64,000 nucleotides of DNA from positions 32,001 to 96,000 of the IMG/VR virus record IMGVR_UViG_3300036760_000306. One strand, given 5' to 3'. The position numbers were made by a program, and so were the translations under genes. The DNA is from a virus. The notes under the pieces are model-generated. The model was not told the DNA's origin. It worked only from the letters and a program-made list of their open reading frames with translations, and ran no database searches. Below, in pieces: positions 1 to 9,757 of the stretch (the stretch's first letter is position 1; each line of letters opens with the position of its first letter).

Positions 1-1
1 C

Positions 2-391
2 GGTGTCTGTCGGATGCCTCTACTTTCCACGAAGTGGCGCTTCAACGAATGGTACTTGGAGCAACTGCCCCTGAGTCTTCGGGACCAAGCTGTGATCCTG
101 ATCGGGCGTCAGACACTAGCGATTGATCGTCTTGACGCCCCTCCAGAAGAAAAGCAGCATTATGTTGCGATGGGCTTTAACGTCCCGTGTAAGGTGACCC
201 GAGGGTTGCCGGGGACACTCTACCTGATCGAGCTTCGCACAGGCAAAATGATACATCCCACGATGCGTCATGTGGCTCAAGAAATGGCTCAAACGCTTCA
301 AAACCTGTACCCCACGTTGCCGATCTACGCGGACATGAGTCCGGATGATTGGGACATTCGGCGTGGTGCTCAAGACATTGTGGCCAAGTAG
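2..391 (+). CDS. 5'-truncated ORF, C-terminal part resembling FAD-dependent thymidylate synthase (ThyX-like)
   Basis: Frame is open from the window edge; YLIELRT...HPTMR.VA resembles the ThyX C-terminal motif. Confidence 0.45.
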   Translation, partial: GVCRMPLLSTKWRFNEWYLEQLPLSLRDQAVILIGRQTLAIDRLDAPPEEKQHYVAMGFNVPCKVTRGLPGTLYLIELRTGKMIHPTMRHVAQEMAQTLQNLYPTLPIYADMSPDDWDIRRGAQDIVAK

Positions 392-427
392 GCACTTATT
401 CTTCGATACATCAAGCAAGGATGAACT

Positions 428-1228
428 GTGGATAGTAAAGTGATTGCACCGCTTTCAGACGAGCGTCGTACGGAACTCTTGGCCCGACTCTTGATCGAGC
501 CATCGGACACCAAGCTAGCGCTGGAATTCGGGATCTCACGCAAAACGCTCTGGCGCATGCGCCAGGCACAGAAGAATCCTGCATCGCCTGTACCCACGGC
601 TGTGATGACGCCGCCTGCCCCAGGGGCAGCGGTGAAGTTACCGCCTGTGGTGATCCCGCCCATCAAGGTGCCCAAGGTAGCGGTCCCGAAGGTCCCGAAG
701 TCGCCCGTTACACCTAAGACACCGACACCTGAAGCTGTGGTGACGTCTGAAATCGTGACCCCAGAAGTGGTTCCGGAAGTTGTAAAAGCGGTTCCGACCC
801 TTGTCCCGCCTTTCCCCGAGGATCCGCGTCCCAAGGTAGACGTAGAGCCTGTGTACCTAAACACGTTCTTCGCCATCCAGCTTCTTCGTGGTGAGTCCCA
901 CAAGCAGGTGGCGAATGTGGTCTTGACCGAAGCTGAAGCCAAGGGTGTTCTGTTCCGAAAGCTTCAAGTTTTGGACATTGTGTCAGTGGGCACTACGGCT
1001 TTCGTGAGATTCCGAGGGGATCTGCCCAATGCCTTCGCTGTGGTCAAGACACTACAAGATCGGGCGATTATCGTGATTAACGCCGATGGTACTTACACGG
1101 TGACGTTCCCGAACGGTAAAAGCGGCAAGTTCCCCGGGTCGGCCATGTGCAGCTCGCCCAAGGTTGGTTTTGGTCACACGTACGCGGGGACAAGAATCAA
1201 GAGATGGAAGCAGCAGTTCGCGGCCTGA
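428..1228 (+). CDS. Hypothetical protein with N-terminal HTH and Pro/Val/Lys-rich linker
   Basis: LALEFGISRKTLWR is HTH-like; low-complexity middle. Confidence 0.55.
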   Translation: MDSKVIAPLSDERRTELLARLLIEPSDTKLALEFGISRKTLWRMRQAQKNPASPVPTAVMTPPAPGAAVKLPPVVIPPIKVPKVAVPKVPKSPVTPKTPTPEAVVTSEIVTPEVVPEVVKAVPTLVPPFPEDPRPKVDVEPVYLNTFFAIQLLRGESHKQVANVVLTEAEAKGVLFRKLQVLDIVSVGTTAFVRFRGDLPNAFAVVKTLQDRAIIVINADGTYTVTFPNGKSGKFPGSAMCSSPKVGFGHTYAGTRIKRWKQQFAA

Positions 1229-1255
1229 CTTTCCTCCTATGGATCTGCACTGTAG

Positions 1256-1633
1256 ATGGGCAGCGCTAGCAAGCCGTTTGGTGTGGTTTACCTGATCACG
1301 AATACTGTGAACGGGAAGGTCTACGTTGGGCAGACGACTGTTGGCGTCTCTAAGCGCTGGAAGGGGCACAAAGACGAGGCCCGTAAAGGTAGCGAATGCC
1401 GAGATGGGTATAGGCGGGGTGCCCCTGGAAACTCGACAGCGGTAGACGAAGGCATCTTACGAGTTGCTCTTCAAGGGTTGACTTCAATACAGTACGACGC
1501 ACAACGCCGCTCCAAGGTATTGGACGCTCGGTTCGTCTCTTCCAATGCTTTTCCAAGAGTGTATGGAAAGACATTTATGGAAGTGCGGGATGGGGTCAGA
1601 GACCCCCGGCAAACCAAACGGAGAGCAGCATGA
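1256..1633 (+). pseudogene. GIY-YIG homing endonuclease remnant or chimera
   Basis: GVVYLITNTVNGKVYVGQT..RW..H, then the family pattern is lost after about 45 aa. Confidence 0.6.
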
Positions 1634-2391
1634 AAGTGGCCGCCATTCAATTTTGCCCAACCTTCAAGGATGTCCCGAGCAATCTTCGACGTTTGGCTGC
1701 TTTAACTATGAAGGCGGCACAGGCTGGTGCGAAGCTTTGCGTGTTGCCAGAGCTTTGTACTACAGGGTATTCCATGATGGGTAAGGCTGAGGCGGAGCCT
1801 TTGGCAGAGGTTATTGGCGACTTCAAACCAGGGGGTAGCGGCACTTCTAGTATGGATGTGTTCCACGCTATAGCTAAAAAGTATAGCACTCATATTGTCT
1901 GGGGCCTGGTCGAAAAGAGTTGCGGATCTGGTAAGCTTCACAATTCTCAAGTTTTGATGTGTCCAGACGGTTCTTTTGAGACTACGGCCAAAGTAAATTT
2001 TTTTGGGAATGACTTCTTGTGGGCTACAGAAGGAAGGGCTAATCCTCCGATTCGTAAGATTGCAGTTGACGGGAAAGATTACAAAGTTGGACTTTTAATT
2101 TGCCGAGATGTGCGGGACAAAAAAGACGACAATTGGAAATCCTTCTACGAAAAGGGCGACGCCGATGTGGTCGCTCTCTCTTGTGCTTGGGGTAAGAGTT
2201 CTTTTCCTGCGACGGCGTGGATGGACTTTGCGGAAGAAAACAGCACTACGTTGATAGTGAGTAACCGCTATGGTGTAGAGGAGAATAACGACTTTGGTGC
2301 TGGCGGTATCGGTATCATCTCACCCGATGGTACCGTGCAATGTGAGGGCCTTGTGTGGGGTCAGGATTGCATCGTCTACGGGGAAGTCTAA
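1630..2391 (+). CDS. Carbon-nitrogen hydrolase (nitrilase superfamily amidase)
   Basis: VAAIQF, LPELCTTGY (Glu), AKVN (Lys) and LICRD (Cys) give the catalytic triad. Confidence 0.9.
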   Translation: MKVAAIQFCPTFKDVPSNLRRLAALTMKAAQAGAKLCVLPELCTTGYSMMGKAEAEPLAEVIGDFKPGGSGTSSMDVFHAIAKKYSTHIVWGLVEKSCGSGKLHNSQVLMCPDGSFETTAKVNFFGNDFLWATEGRANPPIRKIAVDGKDYKVGLLICRDVRDKKDDNWKSFYEKGDADVVALSCAWGKSSFPATAWMDFAEENSTTLIVSNRYGVEENNDFGAGGIGIISPDGTVQCEGLVWGQDCIVYGEV

Positions 2392-2393
2392 AG

Positions 2394-2903
2394 ATGACGA
2401 CTCTGGCTCAACGTGTTGTTGATCGTTACTTGACGGCTAACGCCCCAGGAGAATACTACCCTAAGTATTGGATTGAGGATTTCGTGCATGAGAAGACTGT
2501 GCGTCGATTGACGTTACCCAACACAAATTGGGGCATCGCAATTGCACATAGCGAACGTTTGCAGGTTATCTGGGCGGACATCGTAGTTCGTTTCAAGCTC
2601 AAACAGAAGTTGACTCGGGAGCACCCGGACAACAAAGAAGATTGGAACGCCGCTGAGGGTGCCCTAGAGGCGTTCTTCAAAAGCGACACTGAAACTGCGG
2701 GTGTCATCTGCCAGGAGCTGTTCGACAAGGAACTACCCTATGCTCTTGGTGAGCGCATTGGCGCAATTATTCGTAGGGGACTCACGCGCAAAGAAGTCTC
2801 TACTCTAGCGAGCCTTCTCAGTGGATCTCGTACAAAGGATATCCTAGAGGGTATGGCTAAGTTATTACTAGGGGCTGCGGTATCACACTTATTTGGGCGC
2901 TGA
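2394..2903 (+). CDS. Hypothetical protein with N-terminal RVxxRY tag
   Basis: ATG directly after the upstream stop; MTTLAQRVVDRYLTA. Confidence 0.7.
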   Translation: MTTLAQRVVDRYLTANAPGEYYPKYWIEDFVHEKTVRRLTLPNTNWGIAIAHSERLQVIWADIVVRFKLKQKLTREHPDNKEDWNAAEGALEAFFKSDTETAGVICQELFDKELPYALGERIGAIIRRGLTRKEVSTLASLLSGSRTKDILEGMAKLLLGAAVSHLFGR

Positions 2904-2925
2904 CGTATGCCCCTAGGCGGCAACC

Positions 2926-3168
2926 ATGGCTGAAATCAAAAAAGTTTGGGTTGTCACGGATCCGACACCCGATTCGGGAATCGTGGACATCTTGTTTGAG
3001 GCAACCCCCAGGAAACTCGCCGATTACATCCGAGGTTCTCGGACTACGGACTGGGAGAGTGAGAGCACCAAGCTGTACGACGACAAGGCGTCTGCCACCG
3101 CAGACGCCAATAAGCGCCTAAAAGATCGGGATCAACGGCGAGAGGCCGCTCTCGCCTGGAAAGTTTGA
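2926..3168 (+). CDS. Hypothetical protein
   Basis: ORF fills the gap, GGCGG upstream. Confidence 0.6.
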   Translation: MAEIKKVWVVTDPTPDSGIVDILFEATPRKLADYIRGSRTTDWESESTKLYDDKASATADANKRLKDRDQRREAALAWKV

Positions 3169-3194
3169 CGCTGCCGGTGTAGTGTACCCGGGCT

Positions 3195-5516
3195 ATGCCG
3201 AGAGAGCCCCAAATACCCCGTTGCAACTTCTGTGGTCGCCCTCGCAATGAGGTCAAGCACCTCATTGGAGCGCCGGACGGGGCGAACATTTGTAACGGCT
3301 GTATCACCGTTACCTCAGCAACTATCGCTGATGTCGAGCGCAAGGCCCCAGGGCCAGGGACCAAGGTCTCGGGACCGCTCAAGAAGCCCAGAGAAATCAC
3401 AGCATTCGTGGATGAGCATGTAATTGGCCAGGATGCGGCCAAGCGGGAAATTGCCATCGCGGTCTACGAGCACTACCGCCGTCGGGAAGTGGATAAGAGC
3501 AAGAACGGCGTGATCATGCTCGACGGGGAAGCGGTCGAGATCGAGAAGTCCAACATTCTGTTGCTTGGCCCGAGTGGGTGTCACAGGAAGGGCCAACTGA
3601 TCCTCATGTGGGACGGCACCCTACAAAAGGTGGAAAAAATCCGCAAAGGCGATCGTCTTATGGGGCCTGATAGCACCCCCAGGTTGGTCCAAGAGTTACA
3701 CAGCGGTGTTCAGAGTATGTTCCAAGTTACCCCTGTAAAAGGGGAGCCGTGGGTTGTCAATCAGGGGCACATTCTAACTTTGATCCGAACAAGTCGCAAG
3801 AGTCACGGCCAGTATCGGAAAGTCGCTGAGTTGGTGGACGTTTCGGTAGAAGACTGGTTGAGCTGGTCTAAAACGCAGAAGGCAGCCCACAAGTTGCTTC
3901 GAGTGGGTGTCACGTTTAGGGCCAACACCCAAGCACTGCCCTTAGAGCCCTACTTCTTGGGGGTGCTCCTTGGGGACGGTGCTATCACTAGCACTCCTAG
4001 AGTCACAACTGTAGACCCGGAGATTCTGGCTGAGTTGTTCCGTCAAGCAGAGCGGTACGGGTTGAAGGTAGTTCTGTGCAAGCAGAAAGCGAAGTGCCCT
4101 TCGTACAATATCTGTGGGACAAAGGGCGGTAAGCCCAAAGAAAACCCGATCACGGGTAAGCTACGGTCTTTGGGTTTGGCGGGGAAGTCCTGCGGGTTCA
4201 AATTCATACCTCAAATTTACCGGACTGCCTCTGAGGATGATCGCTTACAGCTCCTAGCTGGCCTCCTAGACACTGACGGTCATTTAGGCTGCAATGGCTT
4301 CGACTTCATCAGTAAAGCTAGGCTTCTTGCAGAAGGGGTGGCTTTCATCGCCAGAAGTTTAGGTTTAGCTGCCTATCTAAGGCTCTCTAAAAAGAGGTCA
4401 CAGCGAGGTACAGAAGGCACTTACTACCGTGTCTCTATCTCGGGGGACACTGATCGCATACCCACCCGTATCCCCCGTAAAGTAGCAACCCGTCGTAAGC
4501 AGACTAAGAGCGTGCTTCACACAGGCTTCACTGTAGCCGCTTTACCGCCTGAAAAATTCTACGGTTTTAGCGTTAACCGGGATCACCGTTACCTGCTTGG
4601 GGACTTTACCGTCACCCATAATTCAGGCAAGACGCACATTGCCCGAACGATTGCCCGGTTGCTGGACGTGCCGTTCTACGTCGGGGACGCCACGAAGCTC
4701 ACGAGTGCGGGCTACGTCGGGGAGGACGTGGAGTCGCTGCTTCAGGGGCTCCTGGCGGACGCTCAGAACGATATTGAGAAGGCACAGTGGGGCATCATCT
4801 TCCTGGACGAGTTTGACAAGCTCGCCCGCAAGGCTGGGTACGGTGCGTCTGGGATGCGGGACGTGACGGGGGAAGGGGTCCAGCAGGCGTTGCTCAAGCT
4901 CATCGAGGGTGGGCAGGTCGCGGTCCCCCGGGGCATGGGCTCCAGGGCGGTGTCTGGGATGACGCCCTCTGACGTGGTGGACACCCGGAACATCCTGTTC
5001 ATCTGTGCTGGGTCTTTTGCGGGTATCGAGCCCGTGATCGAACGCAGGCTCAACAAGTCCACGGGCCTTGGGTTTGGCAAAGAGCACCGGAAGCAGCACG
5101 CCAAGTCCGATCTGTACCGTGAGGTCCGGGTCGAGGACATTGAGGAATTCGGTCTGATTCCGGAGATCGTGGGCCGTCTGCCTGTGATCACCAGTACCCT
5201 GGAGTTGACCGAGGATGAGCTGATCCGCATCCTGACCGAGCCCAAGAATGCGATTTGCAAGCAGTTCCGGGCCCTGTTCTCGTTGGATGGGATCGACCTC
5301 CAGTTCGACCCCGAGGCATTGCGGGCGGTGGCTCAGAAGGCTCGGAAGCGGTCCACGGGTGCCCGAGCGTTGCGGGCTATCCTCAAGGAAGTGCTCAAGC
5401 CCTACTCGTACGAGGCCCCCGACAACCTGGACATTGCGGTTATCCGCATTACCCAGGAAGCTGTCGAGACTCCCGGGAAGGCTCTTGTGATGCGAAAAGG
5501 GGTTGGGACGGCTTAG
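3195..5516 (+). CDS. clpX: ATP-dependent Clp protease ATPase ClpX, intein-containing
   Basis: N-terminal CxxC..CxxC zinc domain, VIGQDAAK, split Walker A GPSG/SGKT, GYVGEDVE, FLDEFDK, GEGVQQALLK, LGF loop, TGARALR. Confidence 0.95.
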   Translation: MPREPQIPRCNFCGRPRNEVKHLIGAPDGANICNGCITVTSATIADVERKAPGPGTKVSGPLKKPREITAFVDEHVIGQDAAKREIAIAVYEHYRRREVDKSKNGVIMLDGEAVEIEKSNILLLGPSGCHRKGQLILMWDGTLQKVEKIRKGDRLMGPDSTPRLVQELHSGVQSMFQVTPVKGEPWVVNQGHILTLIRTSRKSHGQYRKVAELVDVSVEDWLSWSKTQKAAHKLLRVGVTFRANTQALPLEPYFLGVLLGDGAITSTPRVTTVDPEILAELFRQAERYGLKVVLCKQKAKCPSYNICGTKGGKPKENPITGKLRSLGLAGKSCGFKFIPQIYRTASEDDRLQLLAGLLDTDGHLGCNGFDFISKARLLAEGVAFIARSLGLAAYLRLSKKRSQRGTEGTYYRVSISGDTDRIPTRIPRKVATRRKQTKSVLHTGFTVAALPPEKFYGFSVNRDHRYLLGDFTVTHNSGKTHIARTIARLLDVPFYVGDATKLTSAGYVGEDVESLLQGLLADAQNDIEKAQWGIIFLDEFDKLARKAGYGASGMRDVTGEGVQQALLKLIEGGQVAVPRGMGSRAVSGMTPSDVVDTRNILFICAGSFAGIEPVIERRLNKSTGLGFGKEHRKQHAKSDLYREVRVEDIEEFGLIPEIVGRLPVITSTLELTEDELIRILTEPKNAICKQFRALFSLDGIDLQFDPEALRAVAQKARKRSTGARALRAILKEVLKPYSYEAPDNLDIAVIRITQEAVETPGKALVMRKGVGTA
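3579..4622 (+). mobile_element. Intein with LAGLIDADG homing endonuclease in the ClpX P-loop
   Basis: Begins CHRKG, ends VTHN followed by Ser; internal LGVLLGDG and LAGLLDTDG. Confidence 0.93.
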
Positions 5517-5540
5517 AGCTTTTGTGCTTTCTCGTAAGGC

Positions 5541-6227
5541 ATGGATGCTATTTCGTTGATTGCGTTGCGTATCGCCGCTCGGTTCCAGAAGATTGCGTAC
5601 CAAGAAGGCAAGTTCTTGGGGCGGGATTGCCGCCTGACTTGGAGCAGGCACGGTTGGACCCTCGAAGAGCTGCCGATCAAGGGCAAGAAGAAGCTCAAGG
5701 TAGCGTCGTTGCAGAACCCCGTTACCATGGGTTGGGCTAACTTCGATGCCTACATTGACGCGAACATTCTGCAAGATGCCAGACTGAGTGCTTCGGATTC
5801 GTACGATAGCATCAAGCAGAAGATGCTTGATGCCTACGAGTTGGCGGCAGAGGTGTCCATCAACAAGATGACTCCCGATCAGGCCAAGAAGACGCTTTGG
5901 CTTCGTGAACTTAAGTGGTACGAGGATGAGGTTCACTACCTCAAGATCACCCCCGAGAACACGGAACCGTTCGAGGCCGAAGGTAAAGATTACACGATCA
6001 AGGTCACGTGGACCAAGTTTTCGACCTACTCCCCGGACTCTGACTTCCAGCAATCGGATCCGCACTACACGCAGTACGCAGAGTCCTCGGCCCAAGGGGC
6101 ACGTAGGCTGTACCAGATCTTGAAGGCTGACCCGAATGCTCTCAAGAGCGTCCCTTGGAAGAACCTGGGCGACTGGCTCACCAAGAACAAGGTCTCGTAC
6201 AAGATTCATTTCTCACAGTGGGGCTGA
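5541..6227 (+). CDS. Hypothetical protein with N-terminal RIAARF tag
   Basis: MDAISLIALRIAARFQKIA. Confidence 0.8.
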   Translation: MDAISLIALRIAARFQKIAYQEGKFLGRDCRLTWSRHGWTLEELPIKGKKKLKVASLQNPVTMGWANFDAYIDANILQDARLSASDSYDSIKQKMLDAYELAAEVSINKMTPDQAKKTLWLRELKWYEDEVHYLKITPENTEPFEAEGKDYTIKVTWTKFSTYSPDSDFQQSDPHYTQYAESSAQGARRLYQILKADPNALKSVPWKNLGDWLTKNKVSYKIHFSQWG

Positions 6228-6279
6228 GGCCAAATGACGTACAAGATTCATTTCTCACAGTGGAGCTGAAACCAAATGA
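6196..6279. repeat. 42-bp tandem duplication of a stop/start junction, with a third partial copy at 6750-6773
   Basis: CGTACAAGATTCATTTCTCACAGTGGrGCTGArrCCAAATGA twice with 3 mismatches; ACAGTGGGACTGAGGCCAAATGAC downstream. Confidence 0.92.
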
Positions 6280-6734
6280 CGAACCCAGTAAAAGCATTTC
6301 AAGCAGCATTATCGGCCCACCAAAAGAGGGCCAGTGGTGGTGCTCAAGACCTAGTTACCATTGTTGAAGACGAGTTTGCTAGGATCGCCAAGGTTAACGA
6401 TGCCTTGAAAGTCATCTGGGATCAACAGCTCCCGAACTTGGATGATGCGGTTCAACAGGGTACTGATGCTCTAGCTGACCATGAAGCCAAGTGGCTCATC
6501 TGGGGAGTGGACAAGGACGGCGAAGAGTTCGAGGCAACTATTGACCTATGGGTATCCGGGTCGGGTCGGGGCAAGCTGTATGGTGTTTACCGTCTGGATA
6601 CCCCCACGGTCATGCAAAGCCATATGGGCGAGAACCTGGTCGGTCCTGCTGAGCGGGACCCAAAGAAGCTCCTACCTGTTCTAAGCGGTCCCAGAGGTTA
6701 CGGCCTTACGCGCCTTTCATGGGACCGTCAGTGA
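6276..6734 (+). CDS. Hypothetical protein between duplicated junctions
   Basis: 152-aa ORF starting within repeat copy 2. Confidence 0.7.
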   Translation: MTNPVKAFQAALSAHQKRASGGAQDLVTIVEDEFARIAKVNDALKVIWDQQLPNLDDAVQQGTDALADHEAKWLIWGVDKDGEEFEATIDLWVSGSGRGKLYGVYRLDTPTVMQSHMGENLVGPAERDPKKLLPVLSGPRGYGLTRLSWDRQ

Positions 6735-6768
6735 AATTAACGGCACCCAACAGTGGGACTGAGGCCAA

Positions 6769-8187
6769 ATGACAATCGAAACAACCGCCGAACTAGTCCT
6801 ATCCCGCTTTGAGGAAGGCAAACCAGCCGATCCAACGGAGAACATGAGTCCTGAGGACGCCAAGACGTGGCGTGAGCAGACGGATGAGCACAAGGACGAG
6901 TTCAAGGCTGCGGCCAAGAAGCCTTCGCGCCCTTCGGTTGAGGAAACGCCGGAGGAGAAGCGCTTCACCCGTGAGCGTGAGCAGGTAGAGGAAGCGCTCT
7001 CAGCTCTGCGTGAAGGGATTGCGGACCGCTTCCCTATTCCGGAAGATCGTAGGCACCCTCCAGAAGCGCGTGAGGTGCTCAACCATTACCTTCTTGCAGA
7101 CCGTCTGCAACACAAAGCCTTCATGCAGTCCGTGGGCGGCAATTCAGACGAGCCGTCGGTCCAACGGGAAATGTTTAGCCTCTTGGCTAAAGCGGAGGCG
7201 GAGATCAAAAAGGCTAAGCGCTTGCTGGCCGAGGTGCCGTCCGAGAAGAAGGCTGCTGCGTCTTCCGTGGTGACCCGTTTCCTGACGGCGGATCAGGACA
7301 AAGCGGCCCCTGAGCAGGTGGACAAGTATTTCGAGCAGGTCAAGAAGGACAACCCGTCTTACGATGACTCGCAGGCCTACGCGACAGCGTGGTCCATCTA
7401 CTGCAAGCACAAGAACCCGGGTTCAGATTCGTGTCACCAGGACGAGTACCTGACGGGCAAGACGGCAGGGGACCGCTATTTGGAGGCAGCCTGGAAGGCC
7501 CCCGCGATCAATCAAGCACTCGCCAAGCTGATTGCCAAGAAGGTGGATCGCCATTTCGTCTCGGACCTCTTGAACGAGAAGCTTTCAGGGCGTAGCTGGG
7601 AAACCAAGCTGAAAGAGGCTATTGGAAAGGCTGTGGCCCCCACGCAAATGCGTGATCAGGTTGAAGCCCAGCCTGCGATCAAGAAGTGGTTGGCGGATCT
7701 CTCGGACTCGGAGCTTTCAAAGATCCGGGACCTGGTTGAGGAGACGCTCAACCACGGTAAGGCTGAACAGTATAAGTCCAAACCGGAGGCTTGGAAAACG
7801 GCCGACGCCAAAACGGCAGGGTTCGGCTACGGTGTTGCCACGTTGACCGTGTTGTTCGTTGAGGGCCGTAAGCCCGTCCCGTTCAACATCGACACCATCC
7901 AAGACATCAACCACATCACGATCCCGATCATCGGGGACGATGGTGAGGAACACGACGTCCAACTCAAGGTCGTGAGGCACCAGTCGTCTGGGCCGCTGAC
8001 CCAACCGCAAGAGAAGTTGGGCTGGAAGCGTGAAGTCCTGGTGGAGATACAACACCCGGTGGATGAGGGTGGCTCGCCTCAGACCTCAGCCCGTGCGGCA
8101 CTCACGGCCTTGGCTCAGGTGGGCAAGCAGCACGGCTTCAGGGTTGAGCCGGTGCAGCGTGGCTACAAGCCCGAGACTCGCAAATAG
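6769..8187 (+). CDS. Modular hypothetical protein with repeated tag and KTA motifs
   Basis: LVLSRF, VVTRFLTA, KTAGDRYLEA, KTADAKTA; ChaB-like AYATAW segment. Confidence 0.8.
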   Translation: MTIETTAELVLSRFEEGKPADPTENMSPEDAKTWREQTDEHKDEFKAAAKKPSRPSVEETPEEKRFTREREQVEEALSALREGIADRFPIPEDRRHPPEAREVLNHYLLADRLQHKAFMQSVGGNSDEPSVQREMFSLLAKAEAEIKKAKRLLAEVPSEKKAAASSVVTRFLTADQDKAAPEQVDKYFEQVKKDNPSYDDSQAYATAWSIYCKHKNPGSDSCHQDEYLTGKTAGDRYLEAAWKAPAINQALAKLIAKKVDRHFVSDLLNEKLSGRSWETKLKEAIGKAVAPTQMRDQVEAQPAIKKWLADLSDSELSKIRDLVEETLNHGKAEQYKSKPEAWKTADAKTAGFGYGVATLTVLFVEGRKPVPFNIDTIQDINHITIPIIGDDGEEHDVQLKVVRHQSSGPLTQPQEKLGWKREVLVEIQHPVDEGGSPQTSARAALTALAQVGKQHGFRVEPVQRGYKPETRK

Positions 8188-8232
8188 GCGACCGAAGGTT
8201 ACGAGTTCTAGGTAGCGTCCTAGGGATCTCTT

Positions 8233-8238
8233 GGTGTA
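8233..8238 (+). promoter_or_regulatory. GGTGTA promoter-like element (representative copy)
   Basis: 10 nt before ATG 8249 with no SD; same geometry at 13 or more other genes. Confidence 0.75.
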
Positions 8239-8248
8239 GTCTGCGCTC

Positions 8249-9070
8249 ATGCCTTTCAGTGGTATCGCAGAACGTATTCCCTACAGTCTGTCCCGTTGGA
8301 CGGATGTCCCCAGCTCAAAGTGGCGTTGGTTCGAGGCTTGCCTTGATTCCAAGAAGATGGTGGCGTTTGACCCCAGGACCAGTGCCCCTGGGGTTTGGTC
8401 GCTATCTCCTGAAGACACGTTGGGCCTGGTGTTCTGGACCAAGAACCCCGCCACCTTGATCCAGAATCGGGCTCGCTTGGCTCCGTACGATGTCACGGTC
8501 CATATGACGGCCACTGGTTGGTCCGAAGTGGAGAAGGGTGCCCCGTCCTTAGAGGAAGCAGGCGAGTTGCTCGTACAGACCGCCAAGATCTTCCCCAAGA
8601 CGTACTGGCGGTTCAGCCCCATCCCGATTCTACCGGATGCCGAGCTGTTCAGCCGGTTCCATAGGCTTCTCGGGTTTGCAGCCCTTGCGGGCCTCAAGCA
8701 GGTCTTTGTGTCGTTCCTCCAAGAGAATGACAAACTCCCAGAATCCCGAACCCCAGAATCCCGGTTCGACATCTTGAACGTGTTGGCGGACGAGGCCTAT
8801 GGTTTTGGGGTGCAGGTGGTGCTGTGTAAGGACGACCGCACTTTCGAGGACTGGGGTGGCGCACGGTTCACCACCGAGGCATGTGTGCAGCCTGGGGACT
8901 TCGGCGGCCAAGATTGCGTACACCTGGAAGATTGTGGTTGCGTTTTGATGGTGGATCCTTTCACCGTCAATGAATCGTGTTCTTTTGCCTGCCACTACTG
9001 CTACGCCTCGGACAAAAGCCTATCTGCTAAAAAGCGGAACACGACCCGCAGCTTGCACGTGGTGCGATGA
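8249..9070 (+). CDS. DUF1848-like radical-SAM-related protein
   Basis: SRWTDVP, VFWTKNP, WRFSP, CGC and C-terminal CxxxCxxCYA. Confidence 0.75.
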   Translation: MPFSGIAERIPYSLSRWTDVPSSKWRWFEACLDSKKMVAFDPRTSAPGVWSLSPEDTLGLVFWTKNPATLIQNRARLAPYDVTVHMTATGWSEVEKGAPSLEEAGELLVQTAKIFPKTYWRFSPIPILPDAELFSRFHRLLGFAALAGLKQVFVSFLQENDKLPESRTPESRFDILNVLADEAYGFGVQVVLCKDDRTFEDWGGARFTTEACVQPGDFGGQDCVHLEDCGCVLMVDPFTVNESCSFACHYCYASDKSLSAKKRNTTRSLHVVR

Positions 9071-9339
9071 TCGAGATCCCCGCAGAGCTTGGTGACGACT
9101 CCGCCGACTTCTCCGATGAAGAAGTTGCTCTTGCGGTGGCGTTGCCGTCAGTGGATCGCGTGCTTGAGCATTTGCGTGCCCTGCGTTGTCCGCAGTGCGA
9201 GCAAGCCATGGCTCCGATCGAACATGCACTACGTCGGCGTGTCCCAACATTGTACTGGCGAATGCGTGTGCGGTGTGCGGCACAGCATGACCCCGTGTTG
9301 GTGATCATCCGTGCTGACTGGTTGTACGAATCCTTTTGA
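9067..9339 (+). CDS. Small zinc-ribbon protein
   Basis: CPQC...CxxxH; overlaps the upstream stop. Confidence 0.6.
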   Translation: MIEIPAELGDDSADFSDEEVALAVALPSVDRVLEHLRALRCPQCEQAMAPIEHALRRRVPTLYWRMRVRCAAQHDPVLVIIRADWLYESF

Positions 9340-9364
9340 TCTTCGGCTAAAGGGAGGTGTCCAG

Positions 9365-9757
9365 ATGTCTTGCGGTTGCCAAAGTTCTCCGTGTTCCTGT
9401 GCCGGTGAGTGTCCGACACCGCCGACAACGAAATGTGATCGCTACGTTGCTGGCTCGAAGAATGTTTGGGTCGAACGTGGTTGTAGCCCGAACGACGTGA
9501 ACGCACTGGGTGTCTGCATGTTGGATACGATGACAAACGAGGACGTCATCTACACACTTGAGCGTGATGAGCAGGCACGTGCAGATCTACTGCAAATCAC
9601 GTCTGATCCGGTTCTTCTAGAGTTGGCCAAAACGATCCCTCGCTTGCCAGTTGTGGAGCAGGCCGACATAGAGCAAGCGGAACTTAATCAGCCGCACAAC
9701 TCGGGCTCGATCCCATTCTACTCCATCTTTCGCGGGCAACCTCCGTTCGCACAATGA
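9365..9757 (+). CDS. Hypothetical protein with Cys-rich N-terminus
   Basis: GGAGG SD; MSCGCQSSPCSC. Confidence 0.7.
   Translation: MSCGCQSSPCSCAGECPTPPTTKCDRYVAGSKNVWVERGCSPNDVNALGVCMLDTMTNEDVIYTLERDEQARADLLQITSDPVLLELAKTIPRLPVVEQADIEQAELNQPHNSGSIPFYSIFRGQPPFAQ

Noticed and set aside
4623-6209. 528-aa minus-strand ORF and similar long antisense ORFs (35097, 43463, 48973, 59607)
   Set aside because: Shadows of well-supported genes on the opposite strand, typical of GC-rich codon usage.
6196-6773. Repeats as a mini-CRISPR array
   Set aside because: The copies are adjacent or about 500 bp apart, non-palindromic and correspond to a gene junction; no cas genes are present.
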